Assembly: GCF_006345805.1 (NCBI RefSeq)
Contig: NC_042998.1
Location: 180,420,001 to 180,484,000, forward strand
DNA length: 64,000 nucleotides
Direction of reading: 5' to 3'
From: Octopus sinensis
Taxonomy: Eukaryota
Numbering within the stretch: the first letter of the stretch is position 1; every line of letters begins with the position of its first letter. Below, one piece after another: positions 51,290 through 64,000 of this stretch. The notes beneath the pieces are model-generated. The model had not been told where the DNA came from, did not search any database, and saw only the letters and a list, made by a program, of their open reading frames with translations. A program made the position numbers and the translations under genes.

Positions 51290-51470
51290 TAAGATAGAAG
51301 TTTCCTTCGCCACCATATTGTCCTGAGTTCGATCCTATTGCAGGACATCTTGGCCAAATGTCTTTTACCGTAGCCTCGTGCTTACACAAGCCTCATCAAC
51401 GAACGTCTGTCGTCGGCAGTTTCATGGAAGCTTGTTGGACGCATTGTAATTCGAAAGGTCGACTGTGTCA
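51290..51470 (+). mobile_element. Very degenerate family-B-like SINE
   Basis: gagttcgatcc B-box-like, then catcttggccaaatgtcttttaccgtagcctc. Confidence 0.35.
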
Positions 51471-52152
51471 CACTGACTCCTTGATTTTGGTTGCACTTTT
51501 AGTTCAGGATACAAGCCTTTTTGCAATACACACCCACTCTTCTGTACAGATGACTGAGTGAAGAGTTGAGCTGATTGAGTAACTGAAATACTCTTCTTCG
51601 TCGAAACCGACAGAGGTCCATTTCTATTTTAGATGTCAAAATTAACACCACAGAAGCAATAAACCGAGATTTTCGCTTCTCAGCAAAACAATAAATTTAA
51701 TTACATTATCTTCACAACCACTTTATATTATTTCTTCATATTAATAATTCCGAATAGATTGAACAGTTTTACACATTTAATATACAATCTTCAGTTCATT
51801 TTGTAAAATCCGAAATATTTCTTGAAATTCATTTATTTCTATTATCTACACGTCACCTAACGTCTCTCACCGTATATTATCATTGAGTAGACTAACAGGA
51901 GAGCTTCCATGTAATTGCTGCAATCGCTAGAAGTAGCCACTAGATTTTTATAAACTATATCCTCCTGTCTTGAAAAGCTAGGGAGGGGTAAATTCGAGAA
52001 TATAGATTGCACAATAACGTTATAAAGTATCACCAGTTTAATACCAACCGTTAGCGCCTTGGGAGCTTTTAGTGGAGTCTACTCTGTACATACGTTCGGA
52101 TCAGGCTACTTGGTTGAAGATACTTTCTTCCTTCCGTACCACTTATCACTGA

Positions 52153-52537
52153 CTAGCAGTATCGCCCGGCGTTGCTCGGGCTTGTAAGGGAAATAACTAT
52201 AAAGCATTTTTAGAGAGTTATATAAAAAAATAGAAAAAAAAACGGAAAAAGAATTATGGTAAATTTATTTTTGAGAGTTATAAAGGTCGAGTTGCGTCCC
52301 CTAGACAGTCTGTGGTTTGTGTTTCTGATTCCCGACCCCATGTCAAATTTATCGATTTTTTTCAGAACTGGGGGAACTTTTCAAAATTTTCGCTGTGTTA
52401 GTTTTGAATTATGACATTGGGCTATGAGTGTGTCAAGTTTCATCAGAATCAGTTGAAAGCCGTGGTCAGGGTGAGGGTACAACCTAACAGACACACAGAC
52501 ACGCAGACAGACAAATTGCCGTTTATATAGAGAGAGA
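52153..52537 (-). mobile_element. Non-autonomous Helitron (family H1), complete
   Basis: Minus strand: A|TC start at 52537; ends gcccg-agcaacgc-cgggc hairpin, gatactg, CTAG|T; no TSD. Confidence 0.9.
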
Positions 52538-52545
52538 TATCTTGT

Positions 52546-52714
52546 GTGGAGGCACATGGCCTAGTGGTTAGAGCAGTGGACTCGCGGTCGAGGTATCGCG
52601 GGTTCAAATCTCAGACCGGGCGATGTGTGTGTTTATGAGCGAAAACACCTAAGCTTCACGCGACTCCGGCAGAAGGTAATGGCGAACTTCCGTTGACTCG
52701 TTCGCCACAACTTT
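52546..52714 (+). mobile_element. tRNA-Arg(UCG)-derived SINE (family C) with intact head
   Basis: A box tggcctagtgg, anticodon-like loop ctcgcgg (TCG), B box ggttcaaat, followed by a non-tRNA body shared with 4275-4528. May correspond to the octopus OR SINEs (unverified). Confidence 0.8.
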
Positions 52715-52944
52715 ATTGTTAATTTAATGCATTTGTCACTTGTGAAATTTTGTTGCAATGTAATTTGAAGCTCTACATCTATGATTCAGATCACAAAGGG
52801 TATTTAAAAATGTTAACAACCCCAATACAGGCAGATGTCACTGTTACTCTTCAAACTGTAATCTTGTTATATACAACAGCAAAATGATAAAGAAGTTCCA
52901 GCAACGAGTTTGATTTCGGAGATGATGAAATGTATACCAGTAAT

Positions 52945-53130
52945 ATAAAGGCGCAAAGCCTGAAATTGTGTAGGAGGGGACTAGTCAATTACATTGAACC
53001 CAGTGTTTTACTGGAATTTAATTAATCAATCCGACCTCGGCGGAATTTGAACTCAGAACGCGAAGTCGGACGAAATGCCGCTAAATATTTTGCCAGACTT
53101 GCTAAAGGTTTTGCCAGCTTGCCGCCTTAA
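52945..53130 (-). mobile_element. Diverged family-A SINE
   Basis: ccgacctcggcggaatttgaactcagaacg...tgccagcttgccgcctt. Confidence 0.8.
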
Positions 53131-53136
53131 CATATT

Positions 53137-53259
53137 CTTTTCTACTCTAGGCACAAGGCCCGAAATTTTGGGGGAGAGGGTAAGTCGATTAGATCAACCC
53201 AGTACGCAACTGGTACTTAATTTATCGACCCCGAAAGGAGGAAAAGCAAAGTCGACCGC
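53137..53259 (-). mobile_element. 5'-truncated family-A SINE with 16-bp TSD
   Basis: GCCGCCTTAACATATT at 53121-53136 and 53260-53275 flanks a tail-plus-central-domain fragment. Confidence 0.85.
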
Positions 53260-53357
53260 GCCGCCTTAACATATTAGTAATATAATGCGAAGAAAATAAA
53301 TTGTCAACTTCCACTAATATAGACCGTGATTATTATCAATAATACTCATTATTATTA

Positions 53358-53409
<52 letters not shown>

Positions 53410-53531
53410 CGGACGGAGATGTAGCAGCAGAGTCGGCAGAACCTCGACCAAAATACTCTGTATTTATGTACTCAAATGTTGCTGAGGTTGATAAAATATT
53501 CTTACAGTTGATCATTATTAGCAGCAGAACG

Positions 53532-53735
53532 AAGGCGTCCAGTTGGCAGAATCGTTAGCACACTGGTTAAAATAATTAGCGGCATTTCGTCCGTCTTTTC
53601 GTTCTAAGATCAAATTCCACTGCAGCCCACTTTGCCTTGTAACCTTTCGCAGTCGATAAAATAATATCATTAGGATTGAACATTAGGATTGATTTTATTG
53701 ATTTGTCCATTCTCCCAAACTATGAGTGCCAATAG
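53532..53735 (+). mobile_element. Degenerate family-A SINE
   Basis: ttggcagaatcgttagcac...ggcatttcgtccgtc...tcaaattccac...gtcgataaaataa. Confidence 0.65.
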
Positions 53736-54385
53736 AACACGTTAATAATTATGAGATAATTATATGGGTCCCTTTACCTTGTGATTTCAAATTCAACCAA
53801 AGTCGCATTTCGGTTTCTTCCTTCTTTGGTTACTAAAGTAAGCACAGGTCATTTACTATCACTGATAGTAATTAACTAAACTCATCCTGCATGAATTTAT
53901 TAACTTGTGCCAATTTTGTAAATCATTATTATTAATGTCATCAAGAGACCTGCATGAAACAAACTCAAGGCTTGGAACATCTCTCTATATTGTATATATA
54001 AATATATACACACAAACGAGCGTAGATGTATTATGTGCATGTGTATACATTTGTATAAATCTCTATAAATCATCTTTGATTAACCGATAAGAAATACTTC
54101 GGTCTTTAGGGTATAGAAGAGATGTTCATATTCATCTTATATTGTATTATGTTAATGAGAAAGTTTCTTTCGTTCAAATTTAAATGGAATCTATTTCTCC
54201 GGTGCTAAAGGTCAACTTTCTCATGTATAGCCATATAATCGATGGGAAGCTGGCTAAATTTGTTCTCTGAGGGAGGGTTTGTTTTACAAGGACAAGCATC
54301 CTACTAGCTCATGGGCTGGTTGGCATAATGCGAGAGTTGAAATGGCAGGGCAATACACATGTATATGTGTGTGTGTGTGTGTGTC

Positions 54386-54418
<33 letters not shown>

Positions 54419-54618
54419 ATGTATGTATGTATTGCATACACGCATACACAGATTTATACATACACGTATATTTGTGTGCGTGTGCAGAGAAGAGGAAGAA
54501 AGAGAGAGAGAAAGAGAGAGAGAAGGCTGAAGAATACTCGTATAGAGAACGAAGCGGCAAATACGGAGTGAGTGAGGGGAAAAGTAAAATATGCATGCAC
54601 ACAGCATACAGGCATGCT

Positions 54619-54687
<69 letters not shown>

Positions 54688-56184
54688 CAGACAGTAGCAA
54701 CAACTAAAGAAAGAATGAATGAGTTTGAAAGAAAAGAAAGAAACGAAGAGAGGTCATTGAAACGCGAAACAAAGTGAAATTAAATTGGAAAGAGTTCAAT
54801 CCTTCGTATCATTATCGAGTGTTCAATAGAGCAAATAACAAAGTTATTGACTTCTCAGTTAATTGCATTTATCTCATAAGCGCTAGACTGACCTGTATCG
54901 CGAGAGAGGCCAAAGTGATAGAAAAGTTCACAGGCGATGGGAGGGGGTCATCCAGTGACCGCATCGATCTTTCTTAATCGCTTTCCTTTTATCATAATCT
55001 TCATTGTTTCAAAATGCATCCCAAGGTATTGATATTATATTACTTTTTGTTTAATTTAGACACACATACTAAAAGCTTTGTAAACTTTAAAAAAATAACT
55101 ATTACATATATGAGGCTAATTTTGCATCGCCGTGAATGCAGCTGATGCGTCCCGTTCGGGTATGAGCTTTTGTTGGAAAGTTAACTAATTGAGCAAACAG
55201 GGGAGAGAGTGAACGACAGAAAAAGAACTGGAGGGAGGACACATATGATCTAATCATTGAGACCCTCAACTGAAGTTTTGTGAAAATCGAAACCTGTATT
55301 TTGGGCTTTTAAAAAATCAATTTTTGCCCCTTTGTAAAGAGAGACAGACACACACACACACAAATATATATATATGAAATACTGGTAAAAACTTAACACT
55401 ACAGTATTGGATGAGATTTTATTGACTACATTCTTTGTAAAACTATGCAGTTTTCAACCAATTTTTAAAAGCATTATGACTCTGCTCACCTTATTAGTAT
55501 TAGGAACCAAATATCCATATCCATCAAAACGAAGCTTATAGTCTTAAATAGGAAAAGGTGACGTGAAATTACCAAATACTACCTACCCCTCAAACAACAG
55601 CATGGCAACAGCTGGGAAATCTTTAGACACAGAGTTTCTCATCTTGCTTCACCTAAGGAAAGGCAAAAAAAAAAAAACATTTTAATTTCACGGTAAATCA
55701 GTGCATGTTGAAATCAGTAGAGTGCCTCAAAATACTTTATGGAATATAATTAAGTCTATTCACATTCCGAGTTTAATACAACTGAGATCGATACTGTGAT
55801 TTATCATTATGAGATCGATAATTCCAATAGCTGTCAATTAAAATGGACCTTTTGTTTTATTCGTCTGCTCACCTCTGAAATTTCTAACGTATTTTTATAA
55901 TGTTAGATAACAGTATTTTATTTAACTCTTTAAAAGCAAATATCGCAAATCGCCTGGTTCATAAGGATCATTGCCTACAAATGAAGTGATACCATCACGT
56001 TTTCTCCTTCTTCCCCACTCTCAGACGAATAGTATGACCCAACTCATTTGATATTTTGCAGCAATTAATCTTCTTTATATCTTCGATATATCTTCCATTC
56101 CAGAACCAGCCAAGCGATCGTTGAATAGTTCATTGGAACTGACAGTGAGCTGCATCTGTCGAGCAGCTAGCTGTATATACATTA

Positions 56185-56358
56185 GGTATTGGTTTGTTTA
56201 CGTTTACGTAACTTAGCAGCTCGACAAAAGCTACTGATAAACTAAATAACAGACTTCAAAACTAAGTACTGGGGTAATTTACTCGGGTGAAGCACTTCAT
56301 GGTGTTGCTCTAATATGGCCGCACTCCAGTGACCGAAACAAGTACATGATAAAAGGTA
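56185..56358 (+). mobile_element. Degenerate family-B SINE 3' arm
   Basis: cgtaacttagcagctcgacaaaag...aagtactgggg...atggccgca...gaaacaagta. Confidence 0.55.
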
Positions 56359-56408
56359 AATATACAGGCATGGTTGTGGTAAGACTGTACATTGATGTAC
56401 CTAACTCC

Positions 56409-56641
56409 AAGGTGGCGAGCTGGCAGAATCGTTAGCGCACCGGGCGAAATGCTTAGCGGTATTTCGTCCGTCTTTATGTTCTGAATTCAAATTCCTCCGA
56501 GGCGACTTTGCATTTCATTCTTTCGGGGCCGATAAATTAAGTACCAGTTACGCACTGGGGTCGATGTAATCGACTTAATCCCTTTGTCTGTCCTTGTTTG
56601 TCCCCTCTATGTTTAGCCCCTTGTGGACAATAAGGAAATAA
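56409..56641 (+). mobile_element. Family-A SINE, full length, inserted into a family-B head
   Basis: Full family-A sequence; family-B head ggcatggttgtggtaaga at ~56367-56385 continues as agaagcttgcttcccaaccacatgg after 56641. Confidence 0.85.
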
Positions 56642-57029
56642 GAAGCTTGCTTCCCAACCACATGGTTCTGCTTTCAGTCTCACTGCTTATCCCCTTGGGT
56701 AAGAATCTTCTACTATAGCCTCGAACCGATCATAACCTTGTTAGTAGAAATGGTTGACAGAAACTGAAAGAAGCTAGTCGTATGTATGTGTGTGGGGGTG
56801 TCTGTGTATTTATATTTGTGTGACTGTATGTGTGTTTATCCTCCCCGCGTCGCTTGACAACCGATGTTAGTGTGTTATGTCCTTGTAACTTAGTGTTCGG
56901 CAAAGGACCTCGGTAGAATAAGTACTAGGCTTACAAAACATAAGTCCTGGGGTCGAATTCTTCGAATAAAACCCTTTAATGTGATGCCCCAGCGTGGGCA
57001 CTATCAAATAACTGAAACATGTAAAAGAA
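56640..57029 (+). mobile_element. Family-B SINE (remainder after the family-A insertion)
   Basis: Both arms with a ~50-bp TG-rich spacer; tail gaaacatgtaaaaga. Confidence 0.8.
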
Positions 57030-57729
57030 TACCTGTCTAGCTACATTTACTTGAGATGATTGCGGGTCTGAGCCCTAAATATCAAGCATAAGTTGTAACA
57101 ACGAAATTAAGAACTATATTAATGATTAGTTTTTTTTTTTTGTTTCTTTTTCGAAACTATCCCTATTAGAATCAACACCATAACCCATGAGAGGTAATCG
57201 CAAGAAAAACAGATGTTCAGAGGGAAATATTCAGGTTAAATTGCAGTAAAGAGAAAAATAAATGTAAAAAAAAAAATAGAAAAAAAAGAGACAATGAAAA
57301 CATCTTGTACTAAAAGACATTTCAAAGTTTGTAGATTCATCCTGTCCCATGAGTGAAAGGCAGAAAATTGAGTTACAAACATACAAATGCATGAAATAAG
57401 CTAATAGCACACTTTCTTTTGTATACATAATTTAGTGTATATGACTATCTGTGGACGTGAACATACATACATACATAAACACATACATACAGACATAAAT
57501 GCACAATTGCATATACATACATATATATATATGAAATGCTTGCATATACAAACTTTATGCATGCAATAAACACGCATACAGACACATGATATATGTGTAT
57601 TTGTAGAAACAGAAAACCGATATAATTATATATGAATTTGCAGATATTTTCATATCATTTTAAAACATATGTAAGCAATTGCAAATACATGAATAGGCGC
57701 ACGCAGATATATAGAATGATACAATATGC

Positions 57730-57864
57730 ATAAACATGATGATATGTATATATATATGTGGGTGGGTGTGTGTGTGGGGGGGGGGTGGATGTGTGTGTAT
57801 GTGTCCATATATATATATATATTATATATATATATACATATATATATATTATATATATATATAC

Positions 57865-57906
<42 letters not shown>

Positions 57907-57927
57907 TATACATATACATATACATAT

Positions 57928-57959
<32 letters not shown>

Positions 57960-57988
57960 CATATATATATACATATACATATATATAT

Positions 57989-58030
<42 letters not shown>

Positions 58031-58042
58031 TATACATATATA

Positions 58043-58113
<71 letters not shown>

Positions 58114-58150
58114 CATATATACTGCTGCCTAAATTATATATATATATGCA
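57730..58150. repeat. Long (TA)n-dominated array
   Basis: Direct reading. Confidence 0.95.
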
Positions 58151-59315
58151 AATACATATGCTTTATATAAGTATATAAATACATATATGTACGCACATAC
58201 GCAAACATACATACATTGAGACATAAATGGTATATATGTACATGTGTTTATGTGAGTTGTGTGTGCATTTTTATAATTAATGGTATTGTATATATATCTA
58301 TATGTATCATTCATAGAATTTTATTCTTTATGTGTATATTTATTTATATTCGTGCATGCATTCACATATACATACGTATATGCATGCATAAATACATATA
58401 CACGAAATGAAATTCTTTGTTTTATTTTGCACATAAAACGGACAGAATTTGTTATGCTATCAGTCGCAGATGTAGTTATTACAAATAATTCATATTGTTT
58501 ACTTATTTGGCGTTGAATCGAAACTGTTGGTGATAATAAAAAATAATCTGGAACTTCTTTCAGAAAGTGACTAAATCCATAACTTACTGGGGAGCGAAAA
58601 AAATCTTTCAATACGTATTTGTCTCATAAAAGCTTAAAATCTTTTTAGCTATTAAAAGCTATTATTCTCATCGATAAATGTCTTACTTTATTTCTGACTT
58701 TTCTTTTCAACTATTTTATTTTATATTTTTTCTTGGTCAAATTATTTTCATTTTCCATTAAAGAAAATAGATGTTATTCTGTTTATATTTTAGTGATGAG
58801 AAAACAGGCTAGCCAAGTCACGATGGTGTCGGATATGTGGTCGATGTATTGATGACAATTTGTTTAACAGTCACTGGCTCAGTCCATCTGACTGTAAATA
58901 TCATCTATCACATCATTAAACCAATATAGTAATTGCAGACGGGACCAATATTTGAACAACCACATGTATAAAAATCTTCAAATGAATGTTATACTTGTAG
59001 GATTTCTAAAACAAGTTTACCTTATTCTTTACAGACGTATCGAAAAATTTAATTTTTCATTAAATTCCTTGCAATCTTTTTTCAAATGTATGCTTTGTCT
59101 AATAAACTTAGTTTACTTACTTGCCTAGTTCAATATTTACTGGTATCGAACACGAAAACAACACGAAATGTGTTGTTTCTCTAAGTAGCAGATTGAAAAA
59201 GAGTAATCTGAATTTGTAGTTCTAAGCCTTATCATTTAAGTCAAAATAGTATTTGGAGTATAAATTAATAATTCCTCAATTCTTTTCCTTCTTTAAATAT
59301 TTCCTTACCAAATAC

Positions 59316-59850
59316 GTAGAGGGTAGGTGTGGCTGTGTGGTAAGTAGCCTGCTTACCAACCACATGGTTCCGGGTTCAGTCCCACTGCGTGGCACTATGA
59401 GCAAGTGCCTTCTACTATAGCCTCGGGCCGACCAAAGCCTTATAAGCGGATTTGGTAGACGGAAACTGAAAGACGCCCGTCGTATAAATGTGTATGTATG
59501 TATATACATATATATATATATATAACGTATAAACACACACACATACATACATACATACATATATGTATGTATGTATGTATGCATGTATGTATGTATGTAT
59601 GTATGTATGTATGTATGTATGTGTGTGTGTGTTTATACGTTTGTGTGTCTGAGTTTGTCCCCCCAACATCGCTTGACAACTGATGCTGGTGTGCTTACGT
59701 CCCCGTAACTTAGCGGTTCGGTAAAAAGAGACCGATAGAATAAGTACTAGGCTTGCAAAGAATAATTCCTGGGGTCGATTTTCTCGACTATAAGCGGTGC
59801 TCCAGCATGGCCGCAGTCAAATGACTGAAACAAGTAAAAGAGTAAAAGAG
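59316..59850 (+). mobile_element. Family-B SINE, full length, 164-bp internal microsatellite spacer
   Basis: 5' arm to 59482, spacer 59483-59646 (TA, CA, TACA, TATG), 3' arm to the (gtaaaaga)n tail. Confidence 0.92.
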
Positions 59851-59938
59851 AATATATATATATATATATATGTAATATGTGTATGTTTCTATATATACAT
59901 ATGTATGTTTATATGTACATCTATATATATCTATATTT

Positions 59939-59974
<36 letters not shown>

Positions 59975-60001
59975 TTCTCTCTCTGTCTCACTCTCTCTCT
60001 G

Positions 60002-60037
<36 letters not shown>

Positions 60038-60445
60038 CTTACATATACATACGTAAAAAAATAAGTTTTGTGAGAGATCAATCTGATGCAGTTTATATAT
60101 GAAGAATGTGTGTGTGCGTGTGTATGTGTGTGTGCGTGTGTATGTGTGTGTGCGTGCATGTGTGTGTACGTGTATGTGCGTTTGTGTGTGTTTGAAAATC
60201 TACTATTGTCTTGAAAACGTCTAAAAAATTTAGGAAAAGTGTTTCGAAATTAAAGCTATATTTAAAGTTTCGGGTACCTCTTTATGAAAGAAATTGCATG
60301 AAAGTATCATGAAAGGTAAATTAAATATCAACGTGGAAAGGATGCCGTGGTGTTTCTGTTTTAAGCAAATTTGAGGAAAGAAAAATAATTCGACCAAAAC
60401 CAAATTCGTGATAAAGGGAAAACATGCAAAACGTCTACCGTATAA

Positions 60446-61041
<596 letters not shown>

Positions 61042-61789
61042 TATGCATATATGTGTATGAATTTATATTCATATTTGCAAAAGAATGATTGGAGGAGAGA
61101 AAGAAATATAAAGAGAATGAGAGAGGAATTTTTGGTGGAAATAAATAGTTACTTCTATATGTAAGGAACTCCTAAATCTTAAGATGTCCAAATCCTGTGA
61201 CATGATTTTGGAAGAAAACAAACTACTAAGGAATACTGAATTATCTTAATAAAAGAGGGTAAAAGAGAGGAGTAAGCGAGAAATAATATGACAGGAAAAA
61301 TAATGATATAAATTGAAATGGGGTGAGAATGAGGTAAAACGGAGCGAGAGAGAGACAAAGAAAAATTAGCCTGATGAAATAGAGTGGAATAGATTGAAGA
61401 AAATGTGTCGCTAGTTGAAAAAATATGGGGCGTAAATGTTAGAATGTGGTAAAACAAATATTTGAAGTGACAAACATATAAAGGAACTGGTAGTGGAGAT
61501 CTTGGGGATACTGCGTAAACAAAGAATACAAAAGCACTCGCTTAAATTTGTAAATTTGCTTCTATTTTCTTCACCAGTACAAATGAAAGCCTCTGGAAGC
61601 TTACAATATTTCAATTTTATTTATTTATTAATTTTTTTACTACACTATTAACGTTCAGTATGAATCCTTTTATTTTTCTTTACATTCACCACCAAAAGTA
61701 CTAATTGCGTTTACTGCTGCACCTTATTACTCCCATCAACATTATTTTCATCACCACCGTTCACATCACTACTAGCATTATTACTATGT

Positions 61790-61852
61790 TGCAACTACTG
61801 CTGCTGCGTTGCTACGATACTACTACTACCACTACTAGTACTACTACTACTG

Positions 61853-61908
<56 letters not shown>

Positions 61909-61989
61909 ACTACTACTACTACTACTACTACTAATGATAATAATAATAATAATAATAATAATAGTAATATTATCATCAACAACAATAAA

Positions 61990-62021
<32 letters not shown>

Positions 62022-62056
62022 TAACATCAACAACAACAATAATAATAATAATAATA
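61790..62056. repeat. (ACT)n/(GCT)n/(AAT)n trinucleotide array
   Basis: Direct reading. Confidence 0.9.
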
Positions 62057-62270
62057 CTTTCAAATTTTGCCACAAGGTCATCAATTTTGGGGCAGAGGAT
62101 AAGTCGATTACGTCGATCCCAGTGTTCAACTGGTACTTATTTTATCGACCGTGAAATGATGAGTGGCAAAGGCGACCTCGGCGGAATTTGAACTCAGAAT
62201 GTAGCGACAGGCGAAATGCCGCTCAGCATTTCGTCCAGCGCCCTAACGATTCTGCCAGCTCGCTGCCTAA
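62057..62270 (-). mobile_element. Family-A SINE (alternative tail)
   Basis: tttcaaattttgccacaagg...aagtcgattacgtcgatcccagtg...ggcggaatttgaactcag...tgccagctcgctgcctaa. Confidence 0.85.
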
Positions 62271-62288
62271 GTAATAATAATAATAATA

Positions 62289-62378
<90 letters not shown>

Positions 62379-62389
62379 TTAATAATAAT

Positions 62390-62457
<68 letters not shown>

Positions 62458-62485
62458 AATAATAATAATAATAATAATAATAATG

Positions 62486-62527
<42 letters not shown>

Positions 62528-62610
62528 TAATAATAATAAAATAATAATAATGAGAAGAAGAAGAAGAAGAAGAAGGAGGAGGAGGAGGAGGAGAAGAAGA
62601 AGAAGAAGAA
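62271..62610. repeat. (AAT)n followed by (GAA)n/(GGA)n
   Basis: Direct reading. Confidence 0.95.
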
Positions 62611-64000
62611 GCCAATGCCATCAACACCTATCAACATCATCCTTACTGCCTTCTATCTGCTCCAACTTCATTATGACTTCTATCACCACACTTTCCTCAT
62701 AATCACTGTCATTTTCATCATCATTGTCATCAGCGAAGCAATATTATTATCGTAACTACATAGAGGCTGTTGGGTTACGAGATGCTGATATCGTCTGCTA
62801 CCGCAATAACGAAGTTGAGAGAGTTGTCTACTCTCAATGAAGGTTTACTGCATCTTTCCTACTGAATTTGTCATACCTAAATGCCTCTTCCAAATATATT
62901 TCTGGAAGGCATCAAATGGATTTAGTACATTAAAGTCTTTTACTTGTCTTTTACTTTTTGAAAAAGGGTGTTATCATTATAGTTTATTTATTGAATTTTT
63001 TTTTCCTTAAATTCCCATTTATTCCTTGAAATATTAAGTGGAAGATCTTAATTAGACATGGCAAGATTTATATTCCCTACTGCTCGACACTTCCTGACAG
63101 TGCAGTCAACTCTAGCAAAGCTTGTTAGACAGTAAATTAAAGTTTTAGCGCCACTGAAGGAGAAAACGTGTTCAACGGTGCAGCTGCGTTTTACTGCTGT
63201 CATTTGTGCACCATAGGGTACTAAAAACGAAGACGTGTTTTCTGACTCGACAGTCTGAATGAATATCCAAGAATTACAGACGGGGAATTGAATGATATGA
63301 AACTCAGTAATTGTTCAAACAAAGAAAAGACAGTTTCCAGTTACTTATGCATATATAAAACTTTTCAATTTATCTAACTTGCAGACTAGTCTCTATTAAT
63401 AGCATACAATATAACTATTGCGATGAATACTTAATAAACTGTTCGGGAAATGGAATTAAGGTTGTTTTGCAGTTTTACTAATTCATTTATTTGTTTGTTT
63501 GTGTGTTTGTTTCTTTGTTTGTTTTCATGTTCTGTAATTTCTAATTGCATTTGACAGCAATGACTCTCGTTACAAAGGGCTTACTTGATTCAATTTCGTA
63601 AATCATTGGTACTGCTTTTACTGAGTCTAGAACTGATTTTACAAATGCTAAATTGATGCCAGTAGAATTTGTAAAGTGAAAATTTAAATATTATTTTCTG
63701 TTTTTGATTTAGTATTATTTAATTGGATCCAGCCATTCTTCTACGATCATGACGAGCCGATTCCCACCAGAGGTTTATCGGACTTTCGCGTAAGGGATCG
63801 AATCTCAGTTTCTTGCTTGGTAGGTAGGGATATATATTACTGAATTATCAGTTTTGTTATAATAGAACGAACTTTTAAATCATTAAAGATGGCACTACAA
63901 TGGCCTTGGGTAATGACCAAAATACACTAAACAAATCAGTAGTATCGTAAATTAACTGGAACGGTTTTAAGAGGCCTTGGTCTGTATTTGTGGATTTGGA

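Noticed and set aside
52546-52620. tRNA-Arg(UCG) gene
   Set aside because: The acceptor stem does not pair and the sequence runs into a repeat body shared with 4275-4528, so it is a SINE head.
55930-56130. ATG-less open minus-strand frame (WFWNGRYIEDIKK...)
   Set aside because: No recognised homology or convincing splice sites; such a length is expected by chance.
61705-62640. Poly-T/A/N/S/I ORFs
   Set aside because: Trinucleotide microsatellites, interrupted by a SINE.
63730-63800. Micro-exon candidate PFFYDHDEPIPTRGLSDFR followed by GTAAGG
   Set aside because: Weak acceptor, no homology and no neighbouring exons.

Overview
This is AT-rich, microsatellite-dense animal DNA with no host protein-coding gene that I can support. 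The SINE set and (TACA)n/(TA)n/(GATA)n load resemble an octopus (cephalopod) genome; this is recalled similarity, not a database result. Nearly all listed ORFs are translations of simple repeats. The window is a layered transposon landscape. It contains at least four tRNA-derived SINE families (several with target-site duplications), non-autonomous Helitrons with TC...hairpin-CTAG ends, a decayed L1/Tx1-type ORF2 (33.2-34.6 kb), a decayed Mutator (MULE) transposase (45.7-46.9 kb) and a probable Penelope-like fragment. The most interesting signal is a set of 3' fragments of an R4/Dong-like LINE with a restriction-like endonuclease. Each sits in or next to (TACA)n and ends in (TACA)n, suggesting an element that targets the microsatellite and also makes more of it. 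Other notable structures are a 490-bp ~98%-identical inverted duplication bracketing the MULE remnant, a ~400-bp palindrome, a 12-unit 114-bp minisatellite built from microsatellite pieces, and a SINE family with an expandable internal microsatellite. All alignments, translations and counts were done by eye.
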